From the IMG/VR virus record IMGVR_UViG_3300027763_000081, positions 1 through 50,780 of that record: a DNA stretch of 50,780 nt, one strand, 5' to 3'. The notes beneath the pieces were generated by a model. It saw nothing but the letters and a program-made list of their open reading frames with translations. It had not been told where the DNA came from and did not search any database. Both the position numbers and the translations under genes were made by a program. This document shows, piece after piece, positions 37,401-45,350 of this stretch (position 1 is the stretch's first letter; every line of letters starts with the position of its first letter). This DNA comes from a virus (lineage: Duplodnaviria; Caudoviricetes).

Positions 37401-38160
37401 CGGCAAGAACATGCTGGGCGCAGACCTGAGCCGCGGACTTGCGGTTGGGTTTGTTCCGGACGTTGACGTTGACAAGGACAAGGAGCTGATGGTTCCCGTT
37501 CCGCCGTTTGCGGATGCCATGTACTCCGGCGTCCGCTCTTTTATGGCTGGTGGGGACAAGGAAATCCTGAGCGACGTTGTGCCGATGATTATTCCTGGCG
37601 GCGTGTCGATCAGCCGTGCGCTTGGTGGAATGCCCAAGAGCGAAACGCTTCAGGCTCTTGGTTTGCAGAAGCGGTATGCGGGTTGGGACCAGCAAGATGC
37701 AGAAGGCAATGTGCCGGTGTTTGACAACAACGGCCGCATGCTTGGCATGTACTCTGGATCTGACATTGTGCTGCGGTCGCTTGGCACGGACATGGGTCGG
37801 TTCCAGAACCAGGGCGAGGTAACCCAGTTCCTCCTGAAGAACCGCGACCAGATGCGTGACCAGCGTCGCGAATGGATTGCTTCGGTGCTTGGCAACAACA
37901 TAAGCCAGGCACAGAAGATTAAGGCCAACTACGAACGCCAGTTTGGGATGCCTCTGACCGTGACGCAGCAACAGATGCGGGAAGCAACTCGAGTGCGCGA
38001 GGAGAGCGTTGCGGCCCGTACGCTGAAGTCCATGGACAAGGATCTCCAGCAGCAGTATCAGGATGTGCTGCAGGGATCTGTGCCGCAGGCGATGCTCAAC
38101 GCGCAGATGCCGTTGGAGCAGGGTGCCATGTACGTCTGGTCCAACCTACCGAAGAGATAG
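34444..38160 (+). CDS. Large internal virion / ejection protein, 1238 aa
   Basis: Helical; GLNLNTALTNLLQ and RQFMQFP patterns typical of large podophage ejection proteins. Confidence 0.7.
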   Translation: MFDPIRIYDKPAVILTQLGNGIATTDSVRRTLFDPAALSPRERDTYTSELKKASGDNPIVNTALDVLGNPLTWLAFIAGGAMASKHFAKSGRFFLGGIEAGGYGQWARGKWPFLRSIRALSAAQELHGTPLNALMESIPGEMKAYHNEFGKEVSAGVRKVLNILSEKHGTKITSLDPEMAPSAAAEEDLKIIRMALNGRLAGFDRSVDYKEVAGVVPLRHEVLTRWKDSAGKEHKEWISVGKEQFDKFEKAHAEDMNNIKMTIDENGELGWSGDFMTRSTVESQSMEAQRDGTFRSFQLVDPTTRVRGDSALHSGIDIEIASHTRGEMIGDIAQLNRDIREFGLEDLIKGADKMRTKIKVKVYGNEEHYNRTGEFIKDDNKILRISRGVINDAEKQGLIGKDGRLNYDEANVVNEILGENIAGMIVEYGNKNPGRGMTAKDLEKLLVDAHEIMLNDPYYLPRNTSAVFNDTGTSRVEVEPSPFSRPGSFVEGLGRKIEPSSRTKFRTRNLIPLDPHDLEFMAERYGRTEELNSAITFSKKSVARQKKMDVRGNYKVHRIAPDIALQKYIVSSARDAVMFADDPLANKSIIAALKDFSIGRTNVRYPAPTGEKKGAGAWRSIWAAGEGERPAGGFSLHDIVETQMKSLEDQMGADAYLPSSLRQHVLPAVFGYRPVEDGASRGMAMWLKGHTLSLANSDFFKAVEAHGGVAERFVRGMRRYGTSAPGSSTDLGGSVASMFYGSTIGLNLNTALTNLLQPLHNLHQLGFKNTVKAYAQTIEQMYKYGQERARLGRNASPEQIEAAMDATMSRKLAGGVDVKMREIADISSAWDAVEKPGFGAQLTSSRGGVFEAVMKPFQITEMVNRLATGNAVLNAAEEGWAMGGRQNIYDPFRAQQEARAAVEGMQFGSSPLNRPIMFYKGFLSNPAIRQFMQFPVRSAVNILTMPDIVGGSRTVLGQEITRKGWLGTKGIDTMRMLGVSAIAYEVGKNMLGADLSRGLAVGFVPDVDVDKDKELMVPVPPFADAMYSGVRSFMAGGDKEILSDVVPMIIPGGVSISRALGGMPKSETLQALGLQKRYAGWDQQDAEGNVPVFDNNGRMLGMYSGSDIVLRSLGTDMGRFQNQGEVTQFLLKNRDQMRDQRREWIASVLGNNISQAQKIKANYERQFGMPLTVTQQQMREATRVREESVAARTLKSMDKDLQQQYQDVLQGSVPQAMLNAQMPLEQGAMYVWSNLPKR

Positions 38161-38162
38161 CC

Positions 38163-38855
38163 ATGGACACACCTTCAAAAAAGTTTGCGCAATCAAGGCT
38201 GTCAACTACTACGACTCCATCTGAAATCTATGACTTGGCATATGGTGATCTTGCGCCTGAAATCTTGAAGAAAGCACGCAAGTATCAATCAGAAAATCCA
38301 TTGCACGATTACATGCGTACTCCGGATTACTCTGATAAATCCATGGAATCACCTATTGAGGTGAAGCCAATGGAACACAACTTTGCTCGCGCTATGGTCA
38401 ATCGCAATGACCTTCCGACAATTCATCTTCGGAACGATCTATATGGATCTGGCAATGATCCCATAAAGAAAAACTTGTCGTTGATCATGCACGAAGTCCA
38501 GCACTCTATTGGAAGTGGAGACACTCCTGGAACTAAAAAGATTGAGAGACAGCCAGTAGATACTCTTGGCAACAAAGAGTTTCTTGGTGATGATTCTCAT
38601 GCGATTTCTTCAGCTGAACTTCCTGCATACATTGCTCAATTGAAACTGCAAAGATTTCAGGACAGCAAGAAGTATCCATCAGCAGAAAATCCACAAGAGT
38701 TGATTGAACATCTGAAGCAACTTGAGAACAAATACCCACAGGGCGATTACTTGAATGACGTAATACGGTTCCTTCAAGAATCACCTGAAACGGGAATCAT
38801 GTTTTGGAATTCGGTTGCACGCCGAAACAATCAACTCAGCGGGTTACTGGCTTAG
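38163..38855 (+). CDS. Zincin-like metallopeptidase (MPTase-like) accessory protein
   Basis: LIMHEVQH (HExxH) with downstream ELPAY; AT-richer than the operon. Confidence 0.7.
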   Translation: MDTPSKKFAQSRLSTTTTPSEIYDLAYGDLAPEILKKARKYQSENPLHDYMRTPDYSDKSMESPIEVKPMEHNFARAMVNRNDLPTIHLRNDLYGSGNDPIKKNLSLIMHEVQHSIGSGDTPGTKKIERQPVDTLGNKEFLGDDSHAISSAELPAYIAQLKLQRFQDSKKYPSAENPQELIEHLKQLENKYPQGDYLNDVIRFLQESPETGIMFWNSVARRNNQLSGLLA

Positions 38856-39341
38856 TGGCATCCAGAACTCCACGATCCCCGGGACATTATGCCAACGCAC
38901 CGCACCCAGGATTGCCCGGTCCACGAACCTCGATCCGACCCAGAGGGGGTTCAGGCCGGGGCACGCCTCGGCGACCTGGGAGACGGTCCGGCGGTTGAGG
39001 GTGGTGGACATGTGTATGTCTTCCCCGGTAGCCCAAGTGCGGGTATAGGTGTTAGCTGCGTGGCGAACGACGAAGGGATCTGTCTCGTGTGGCCCCACCA
39101 GCTCCTCGGGTGGGGGTCGATCCGATGCAAGTGTGTACCGGCAAAGGACCCACCAACGGCGGGGGTGGGTGGGGAACTCGCAGGTCAGGAGGTAGGAGGT
39201 TCCCCGTTTGCGGTGGCGGGATGGCATCCAGAGGCGGGGGATCGTGGTGTTGAGGTAGAGACGGGGTGTCTCCATCCGGCCGCCCCTGGAGGCAGCCCAG
39301 CCCGTTTCAAGGGTAAGCCTCTGTGTTCTTTCCTGGTTCAT
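38844..39341 (-). CDS. Hypothetical protein
   Basis: 165 aa; converges on and overlaps the 3' end of 38163-38855 by 12 nt. Confidence 0.6.
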   Translation of the reverse strand: MNQERTQRLTLETGWAASRGGRMETPRLYLNTTIPRLWMPSRHRKRGTSYLLTCEFPTHPRRWWVLCRYTLASDRPPPEELVGPHETDPFVVRHAANTYTRTWATGEDIHMSTTLNRRTVSQVAEACPGLNPLWVGSRFVDRAILGAVRWHNVPGIVEFWMPLSQ

Positions 39342-39789
39342 AGGGCGCCTCCCGCACCTTCTGAAGGGTACCGAGGATCATCAGGCTATCCTTGCGGACG
39401 TCGTTCATCCAGTCGATCATGCCGGTGGTGGTGACGCCCTTGCTGCTCAGGTCGATCAGGTGCTGGACCATGCCAATACCGATCATGCCGGACTGGGTCT
39501 TGTTGACCATGTCCTCGAAGAACTTGGGCTGTGTGATCCGGTGGACCCGCTCGATGGCACACTCTGGGAACCGCTGATTCCAGCTGAAATTCATGCGGTC
39601 AAGGATGGCAGGTGAGGGGTGCGTGTAGTAAATGAAGCCCCACGAGGAGTTGGTTTCGCTCGTGACGCAGATGGACCAGCGGTCTGGCTCGAGGCCATGC
39701 AGGCTGGTGGTGGCTGAGATGTGTTCCTTGATGTCCTGATACGAACCTTGGTCAGGAATCGAGACGACAATCGTGGATTCGTAAGGCAT
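39307..39789 (-). CDS. Hypothetical protein
   Basis: 160 aa, GAGG RBS. Confidence 0.75.
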   Translation of the reverse strand: MPYESTIVVSIPDQGSYQDIKEHISATTSLHGLEPDRWSICVTSETNSSWGFIYYTHPSPAILDRMNFSWNQRFPECAIERVHRITQPKFFEDMVNKTQSGMIGIGMVQHLIDLSSKGVTTTGMIDWMNDVRKDSLMILGTLQKVREAPYEPGKNTEAYP

Positions 39790-39932
39790 ACCCTCATCCT
39801 AAAGGTAAGTAGTGAAAGGGCCCCGTGGATTTTCATCAACACGGGGCCCCTATCCGGGGGTTCGTACCCACCAATGAGGGGAGGGGGCTCCTTGTGGGAA
39901 CTCCCCCTCCCCGGCTGGTGGGGCTTGTTGGG

Positions 39933-40460
39933 TCAGGCGGACAGCGTCTTCTGCAGGAACTCCTTGCGGTACTGCCGTCCGTCCTTGGCCGTATCGTACT
40001 GGCACTTGACGACAACCGCAATCACGGCGTCGGTAGTTTCCAGACGGTGCGACAGGTCGGCAAGGGCGGTTCCGATATCCTGCGGTTCACGGCGCAGGCA
40101 GGTGGTGAGGTGGCCCTTGAGGCGGCGCAGCTCGATCTCGGCCCGGGTCTTGGCACCCTGGTCGGTCAGGGCGTTCATGTCGGCCGGCAGGCGGATGGGG
40201 GCACCCACCCAGCGGCGCGGCTCGTCCTGACCCGGATCATTGATGAGCTGGTAGGAGAACTGGATCTCGTAACCGGGGAACGACTGGCCATCCTTCTGCT
40301 TGAAGGTGCTGTCCTGCATGTTCACGTCGGTGACGAGGCAATCGTGGTTGCCCTCTTCCGGCCACCAGCCGAGCGAGCCGAGGCCCGAGTCAGCCTGAAC
40401 GGCCTGGAAGTTGTTGTTGAGGGCGGCGAAAACGGTCTTGACCTTGTTGTCAATAGGCAT
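39933..40460 (-). CDS. DUF669-like ssDNA-binding protein
   Basis: WPEEGNHDCLVTDV...VVVKCQYDTAKDGRQY; directly downstream of the Sak4-like ATPase. Confidence 0.65.
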   Translation of the reverse strand: MPIDNKVKTVFAALNNNFQAVQADSGLGSLGWWPEEGNHDCLVTDVNMQDSTFKQKDGQSFPGYEIQFSYQLINDPGQDEPRRWVGAPIRLPADMNALTDQGAKTRAEIELRRLKGHLTTCLRREPQDIGTALADLSHRLETTDAVIAVVVKCQYDTAKDGRQYRKEFLQKTLSA

Positions 40461-40531
40461 AACAGACTCCGATAAGAGTGGTGAGAAGAGAAACAGAAAC
40501 AGTAGGAGAGAGGCGACACGCGCCCCCCGCG

Positions 40532-41431
40532 TCAGCGGGGCGCGTTCGCCGCGTCATACGCAGACTGAAGTGCAGCCCATGCTGCTTCCGGCGGAAGCTT
40601 CAGGGTTTCCATGGGTTGCATGGTGCGCACCTTGGCAATGCCCTCGAGCTTGGGGTTCGAGAACGTGGCAAAGTGCTGGCGCACCTTCTTGCTGCTGACG
40701 TTGGTCTTCTTGATGATGCGGTCGCCGACCTTCACCTCGACCTCGCGGGATTCCTCGATGACATCCCAGGTGGTGGTAATGGGGACAACCAGATCGAACA
40801 TTGGGAACATGCGTGCGTACAGGCCGTCCGAGATGAGGATCTTGTACTCCTCGACGTGCTGGTTCTCGGAGAGCGGGATGTGCTTGCGGGACAGGTGCGC
40901 GATGTAGAAGACACCGTAACCGTGGCGGCGCAGCGATGCACCAAACTCGATCAGGGTATCGAACAGGCGCTCCCAGCCCAGTCGGCCATCGACGTCGGTG
41001 AACTTCTCGCGACCGTACAGGCTGGCGATGTGCGGACGCAGCAGTCGGATGGCAGCACCGAGCGTGTCAATGACCACGGTCTCGGGGCGCGGCTGATTGC
41101 GGACGGCAAGGTCAATCAGCTGCTTGTGCTTCTCCTCAACCAACTTCCACGACAGGACCATGGGGTTGCCCCGCTCGTCCTGCGCCCGGCCATCGGCACC
41201 GGGTGTGGGCCACATCACTGCCTCGCTCGTCGAGCAAACAGCAGGCGTCTCGTCGAGGTTGATGATGAAGGCATTGGGATTGGACTGAAGGAGGAACGAT
41301 TTGCCAGAGCCTGCTTCGCCAACAACCAAGCCGAGCATGCGCCCAAGAGGGACGCGGCCAGTGACCACCGAAGCGCCGAGGGAAGGGTATTTGGAAGCAA
41401 GGGTCTTACCAGTAGCAAGGGCGTGAGTCAT
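40532..41431 (-). CDS. Sak4-like AAA_24 ATPase (single-strand annealing)
   Basis: GEAGSGKS, VVIDTL, FYIAH; nuclease-ATPase-SSB context. Confidence 0.85.
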   Translation of the reverse strand: MTHALATGKTLASKYPSLGASVVTGRVPLGRMLGLVVGEAGSGKSFLLQSNPNAFIINLDETPAVCSTSEAVMWPTPGADGRAQDERGNPMVLSWKLVEEKHKQLIDLAVRNQPRPETVVIDTLGAAIRLLRPHIASLYGREKFTDVDGRLGWERLFDTLIEFGASLRRHGYGVFYIAHLSRKHIPLSENQHVEEYKILISDGLYARMFPMFDLVVPITTTWDVIEESREVEVKVGDRIIKKTNVSSKKVRQHFATFSNPKLEGIAKVRTMQPMETLKLPPEAAWAALQSAYDAANAPR

Positions 41432-41440
41432 GATGTCGCC

Positions 41441-41845
41441 TTAATCGAGGAAGGAGGGGGCTTTCATTCCACCGGGGAGGACCATCCTCTCGCCTCCCAT
41501 GTAGACCGCCGGTGCTTCCGGCATTTGATTTGGTTCATCGAACTGCGAGAATACCGCCTCGTCCGCAGACTCCTGGCTGACCGGCTGCACCTCACGGGCT
41601 GCAGGTCGGTAGCCAGGGATGTTGACGACCATCTTCTTCTCGAACGTGATCCCGATATCTTCGCACCACTCGGCAAACACGCACATGGAGATGTTGCACT
41701 TGTGCTCGTTGTTGAAGATGTTGAGGAGACTAGAGCGGGACGCAATGTCGTCATGCTCCGCAACGATCTTTGCGATCTTCGGCTGGATCACCTGCTCGAG
41801 GATCTCCTGCTGGAAGTAGGTGAACGGGTTAACTCTGCTGCTCAT
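41441..41845 (-). CDS. Hypothetical protein, possible HTH
   Basis: 134 aa, ATGA coupling. Confidence 0.7.
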   Translation of the reverse strand: MSSRVNPFTYFQQEILEQVIQPKIAKIVAEHDDIASRSSLLNIFNNEHKCNISMCVFAEWCEDIGITFEKKMVVNIPGYRPAAREVQPVSQESADEAVFSQFDEPNQMPEAPAVYMGGERMVLPGGMKAPSFLD

Positions 41846-43065
41846 GCCATGTCTCCTTCGGGGACTGCGTCGTCTCGGTCACGCTGCACAAAGTTCTCCT
41901 GACGCACGATGTCCGGCCACACAACAGGGTCGGTCATCATGAACGGCAGGTACACGCTCGGCATGCCAGTGCCTTGGATCGGGTCGCCCATTTCGAAGTT
42001 GTCCGGATAGGGTTCGCGGTTCGCATATGAACGGCAAAACTTGAGTCGCTCATGGTACTGCGTGATCAGCTTCTCATCAAGCAAATGTGTCGCGGAAGTG
42101 TAAGAAATGTTGATGCACGGATTGGTGAGTCGCTCGGGCTCCATATGTAGATACTCACCCGTGCCCGTATACCACTCGTAGCATCGCTGCTCGTAGATGG
42201 CGGGATCCGGTTCACCAACAAACACCTTCTCATTGCGCGGTTCACCCTTGCGCGGACCAGACTTGAGCGGACTGGTGTCAAGCGTGAACGGGCGGTCCTT
42301 CATGCCGAACTCGATGGTCGGCTTCTGTACCGCAATGTGGATCACGCCACCCAGGCGCTCTGCGTTGTACTCTGCAAGATCCAGCTTGTTCATCACGTGG
42401 AAGTAGTGCTGGGTCTGGAACTCGATGGGGCACGCCTGCAGTCGCTCGGTTGCGCTGCTGCTTGTGGTCTTGAAGTCAACGATCCACAAGTCCTTGGGCT
42501 TGTTCGGGAACTTGATGAGCGCATCGGGCTGGATGACGCAGTCTTGGAAGCGGAGCATCGGCTCCTGCGCCACGATGTCCACGAAGTCAACCCAACCACC
42601 CAGCCTGCCGGTGGGGCCTTCGCCGTCGAGCTTGAACTGGACGGTCATAGAGGCAGAGAACCAGGCCCACGCAGTGCGGGCGTCCTTCTCCTCGCGCTCC
42701 TGGATCTCGCGGATGAGTTCGGCGGACTGGCCGGCAGTGCGACCGTAGGCACGGAGTTCCTGCAGGCGCAGGTCCATGACGCTCTCGTACATCTCGAGGG
42801 CGGCTTCCTTGTTCTTGCGCAGCGAGTAGGCGGCGAAGGCAAGGTGGGCCCACGATCCACGGGACAGGGCCGCGCTGTAGCGGGAGGCCTTGACCAGCCC
42901 GAGGCGGCGGCTCAGGTACCACGAGAACGGGCACGAGCGGAGCGAGCGGTAGTCGGACGAGCGGATGCCCACGTTGCGGGGTGCAATGCCGTGGTAGGAA
43001 AGCCATTCACGGGCATCCTGTCCACCGCTGGTGGGGACCTTGGGGGTTTCGGTTTCTGGTGGCAT
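41842..43065 (-). CDS. PD-(D/E)XK exonuclease (Cas4/RecB-like)
   Basis: SCPFSWYL, RGSWAH, QPDALI, IVDFKT, QTQHY. Confidence 0.88.
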   Translation of the reverse strand: MPPETETPKVPTSGGQDAREWLSYHGIAPRNVGIRSSDYRSLRSCPFSWYLSRRLGLVKASRYSAALSRGSWAHLAFAAYSLRKNKEAALEMYESVMDLRLQELRAYGRTAGQSAELIREIQEREEKDARTAWAWFSASMTVQFKLDGEGPTGRLGGWVDFVDIVAQEPMLRFQDCVIQPDALIKFPNKPKDLWIVDFKTTSSSATERLQACPIEFQTQHYFHVMNKLDLAEYNAERLGGVIHIAVQKPTIEFGMKDRPFTLDTSPLKSGPRKGEPRNEKVFVGEPDPAIYEQRCYEWYTGTGEYLHMEPERLTNPCINISYTSATHLLDEKLITQYHERLKFCRSYANREPYPDNFEMGDPIQGTGMPSVYLPFMMTDPVVWPDIVRQENFVQRDRDDAVPEGDMA

Positions 43066-43087
43066 GTGTTTTTCCTGAGGTTATTAA

Positions 43088-43360
43088 GCGAACGCGGGGC
43101 GCACCGCGACCCCCCGCGTTCGCGAATCTACGGGAGGAGGGTGTAGTATGTGCTTCACCCATGCTGATGATCTAATCTCTCGCCCAGGATGGGCAAAGAA
43201 CAAGATGCCGTGGGTTTACCGGCAATGCGGGTAATGGGAATCCCGCTCAGCAAATGGGATGTACACGTTATTTGGACTTGTTGATTCGGCGTACACAGAA
43301 AGAAAAACTGGTAAGTCTTTCTTACCGTTTTCCGGAACCGGAAAGTTCAAGAAAGTGGAA
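43088..43360. ncRNA. Candidate structured RNA plus operator-like palindromes
   Basis: 12-bp hairpin 43088-43123, four-way junction 43158-43258, palindromes 43310-43362. Confidence 0.45.
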
Positions 43361-43362
43361 CT

Positions 43363-43629
43363 TTAAGTTCCACCCTGACGGTAGCCCAGACGCCAAAGCA
43401 GTCTGGCAATGTCCGTGGCAGTGTCTGCTACTGCCTGCTCGTCGAGCTCGGGGCGGATGCAGTGCAGGGCTTCGTGGATAATGGTGTCCATTCTGTCCTT
43501 CTCAGACGGCCAGGTTCCGATGCGGATGATGCGACCATCAACGTGGCCTGGGTCTTGCATGTCACCGTAGTCCCGCATGTTGGGGACAAAGCGCAGGGTC
43601 CAGTACTTGCCGCCGAGTCGGACACGCAT
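43363..43629 (-). CDS. Small zincin-like (HExxH) protein
   Basis: MDTIIHEALH...E in 88 aa. Confidence 0.75.
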   Translation of the reverse strand: MRVRLGGKYWTLRFVPNMRDYGDMQDPGHVDGRIIRIGTWPSEKDRMDTIIHEALHCIRPELDEQAVADTATDIARLLWRLGYRQGGT

Positions 43630-43641
43630 AGCTGGTGGGGC

Positions 43642-44556
43642 CTAGTGGGCGAGGTGGAATTCGGGCGTCAATTGGTAGTACGTGTTGACCTTGTTGCCGG
43701 TCGAACGGCCAGCCTTCTTGGCAAGGTAAAGACGCATCCAGACTGCACCCTGCACTTCGGGACCACGGCCCTGCTCGATGTGCCAGCCGCTGTGGCCGTC
43801 ACCGAATTCGTCCTTGTAAGTGCCGGTACGGACGTGGTACTGGATGTCGCTGACGATGCGAGAACCGTGTTTGTCGCAGACCAGGCGCTCGCGGGACAGC
43901 GGCATGAACCACTGCTTGTGCACGTGTCCCTGCACGATGACGTCTGCGTCCGGCATGATGGCTGCGTTGCGCCGAACCTTCAGGGTGTCGAAGGACATGA
44001 GTGCTGCACCGCCAGAGCCGTGGAAGTACTTGAGGCTTAGCGAGTACCGCTCGTTGTTGATCTCAACGTTGAACTTAATCCAGCCACCGTATCCACCGGC
44101 GTGCACCTTGTGGCCAGACTGCTGGCTCATGCGCTCGCAGGTGCGCTCGGTGATGTCTGTCTCGCAGTTCTTCAGGATCGCGGACTCATGGTTGCCACGA
44201 CCGATCACTACGAAGTTCTCGGAGTACGGAGCGTAGAAGTCGGAAGCATGCCGGACTAGGGAATCGAGGTAGTCCGCAGCCAATGCATGCTCTTCTCGAA
44301 TGCCCGCCTTGTTGCGGCGAGGATCAAACTTGCCTTCCATGGCGCAGTGCAGATCGCCGACATCAATGATGCCAGCCTTCCTTTCACGCGCTTCATTGAG
44401 GTGCTTGAGTTCGAGGTCATGGTCGGCGTGGGGGTTGTCGTGGTGACGGTCCCCGGACAGCAGGAACCACCACTCATTCGTTCGCGAGGTGCAATCAAGA
44501 TCAACAAGGTGGATGTTCCTTGTTGCTGCCCTCACCTGGAACGGGACGTTTGCCAT
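43642..44556 (-). CDS. Calcineurin-like metallophosphoesterase
   Basis: GDRH, VGDL, GNHE, FHG, GHVH; start MANVPFQV at a TGATG overlap. Confidence 0.88.
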   Translation of the reverse strand: MANVPFQVRAATRNIHLVDLDCTSRTNEWWFLLSGDRHHDNPHADHDLELKHLNEARERKAGIIDVGDLHCAMEGKFDPRRNKAGIREEHALAADYLDSLVRHASDFYAPYSENFVVIGRGNHESAILKNCETDITERTCERMSQQSGHKVHAGGYGGWIKFNVEINNERYSLSLKYFHGSGGAALMSFDTLKVRRNAAIMPDADVIVQGHVHKQWFMPLSRERLVCDKHGSRIVSDIQYHVRTGTYKDEFGDGHSGWHIEQGRGPEVQGAVWMRLYLAKKAGRSTGNKVNTYYQLTPEFHLAH

Positions 44557-44672
44557 CAGATCTTGGAGCCATGCTTCTTGCAGAGGTACCAGCCGGCAAC
44601 GAAGCCGATGACACCGAGCAGGCCCGCGAACCAAAGGTTACCGAGGAAATCAGAGAAGTCAGCAAGGATCAT
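44556..44672 (-). CDS. Small single-TM membrane protein, 38 aa (missing from the ORF track)
   Basis: MILADFSDFLGNLWFAGLLGVIGFVAGWYLCKKHGSKI; coupled on both sides; GAAAGG RBS. Confidence 0.75.
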   Translation of the reverse strand: MILADFSDFLGNLWFAGLLGVIGFVAGWYLCKKHGSKI

Positions 44673-45163
44673 TGTGAACCTTTCTTTTGGACACGTCGCC
44701 ACGCAGCGTCGAACTCAGGGTCTGAGGCCCGCCGCGCAGCGACATACTCGCGGGCATTCTCAGGGTTGTTGGGATCAAGCATGCCAGCCGCAAGGTCGGC
44801 GTCCCGGACTTTGGCACGGGGGAGCCAGCCGATGGCAACCCGGACGGCGGTGCCGAGGCCCGTCTGCCAGAGCAGCACGACCACACCCACGACCACCACG
44901 GCGAGCGCCGCCATCCATAGAGTAGAGAGCCAGGCGGGCACCTTGTCCTCCAGACCAGATAGCTGACTATGAGTATCAGCAGCCAGATTGTTGATGCGCT
45001 GGGCACGGGTCACTACCTCCCGGTCACCCGTTGCTTGGCCATGGTCGATGAGGACCTGGGCCTCCTCGCGGATGGCGTTGGTGTTGCTGCTCACCTTGGC
45101 GAGCGGGCTGCACCCCACCAGCCAGAAGTCAGCGAGAAGAATGAGAAGCAGGAGTCGCGTCAA
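44669..45163 (-). CDS. Lipoprotein with an internal TM helix (unimolecular-spanin-like)
   Basis: Signal peptide with LVGC lipobox, helical region, TM LWMAALAVVVVGVVVLLW. Confidence 0.6.
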   Translation of the reverse strand: MTRLLLLILLADFWLVGCSPLAKVSSNTNAIREEAQVLIDHGQATGDREVVTRAQRINNLAADTHSQLSGLEDKVPAWLSTLWMAALAVVVVGVVVLLWQTGLGTAVRVAIGWLPRAKVRDADLAAGMLDPNNPENAREYVAARRASDPEFDAAWRRVQKKGSQ

Positions 45164-45347
45164 GCTTGTCTTCGATCTTGTCCAACCGGCGGTTGATCGA
45201 CTCCTGTTGGGTCACGAGTTGCATGAGCAGTCGGTCGTGCGTGAGGTACGCACTGCCGAGGATGGTGAGCAGGGTTACTGCAACGCCGATGATGCCGGCC
45301 CAATCGCGTGCGGAAAGACGAACCACGTTGTTGTGCTCGAGAGTCAT
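45129..45347 (-). CDS. Holin-like single-TM plus coiled-coil protein
   Basis: WAGIIGVAVTLLTILGSAYL followed by INRRLDKIEDKLD. Confidence 0.55.
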   Translation of the reverse strand: MTLEHNNVVRLSARDWAGIIGVAVTLLTILGSAYLTHDRLLMQLVTQQESINRRLDKIEDKLDATPASHSSR

Positions 45348-45350
45348 GTG

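Noticed and set aside
40478-41902. 474-aa plus-strand ORF
   Set aside because: Antisense shadow of the Sak4-like ATPase and its neighbour.
43164-43210. CTGATGA suggesting a hammerhead ribozyme
   Set aside because: No GAAA after a stem II and no compatible stem III or cleavage triplet.
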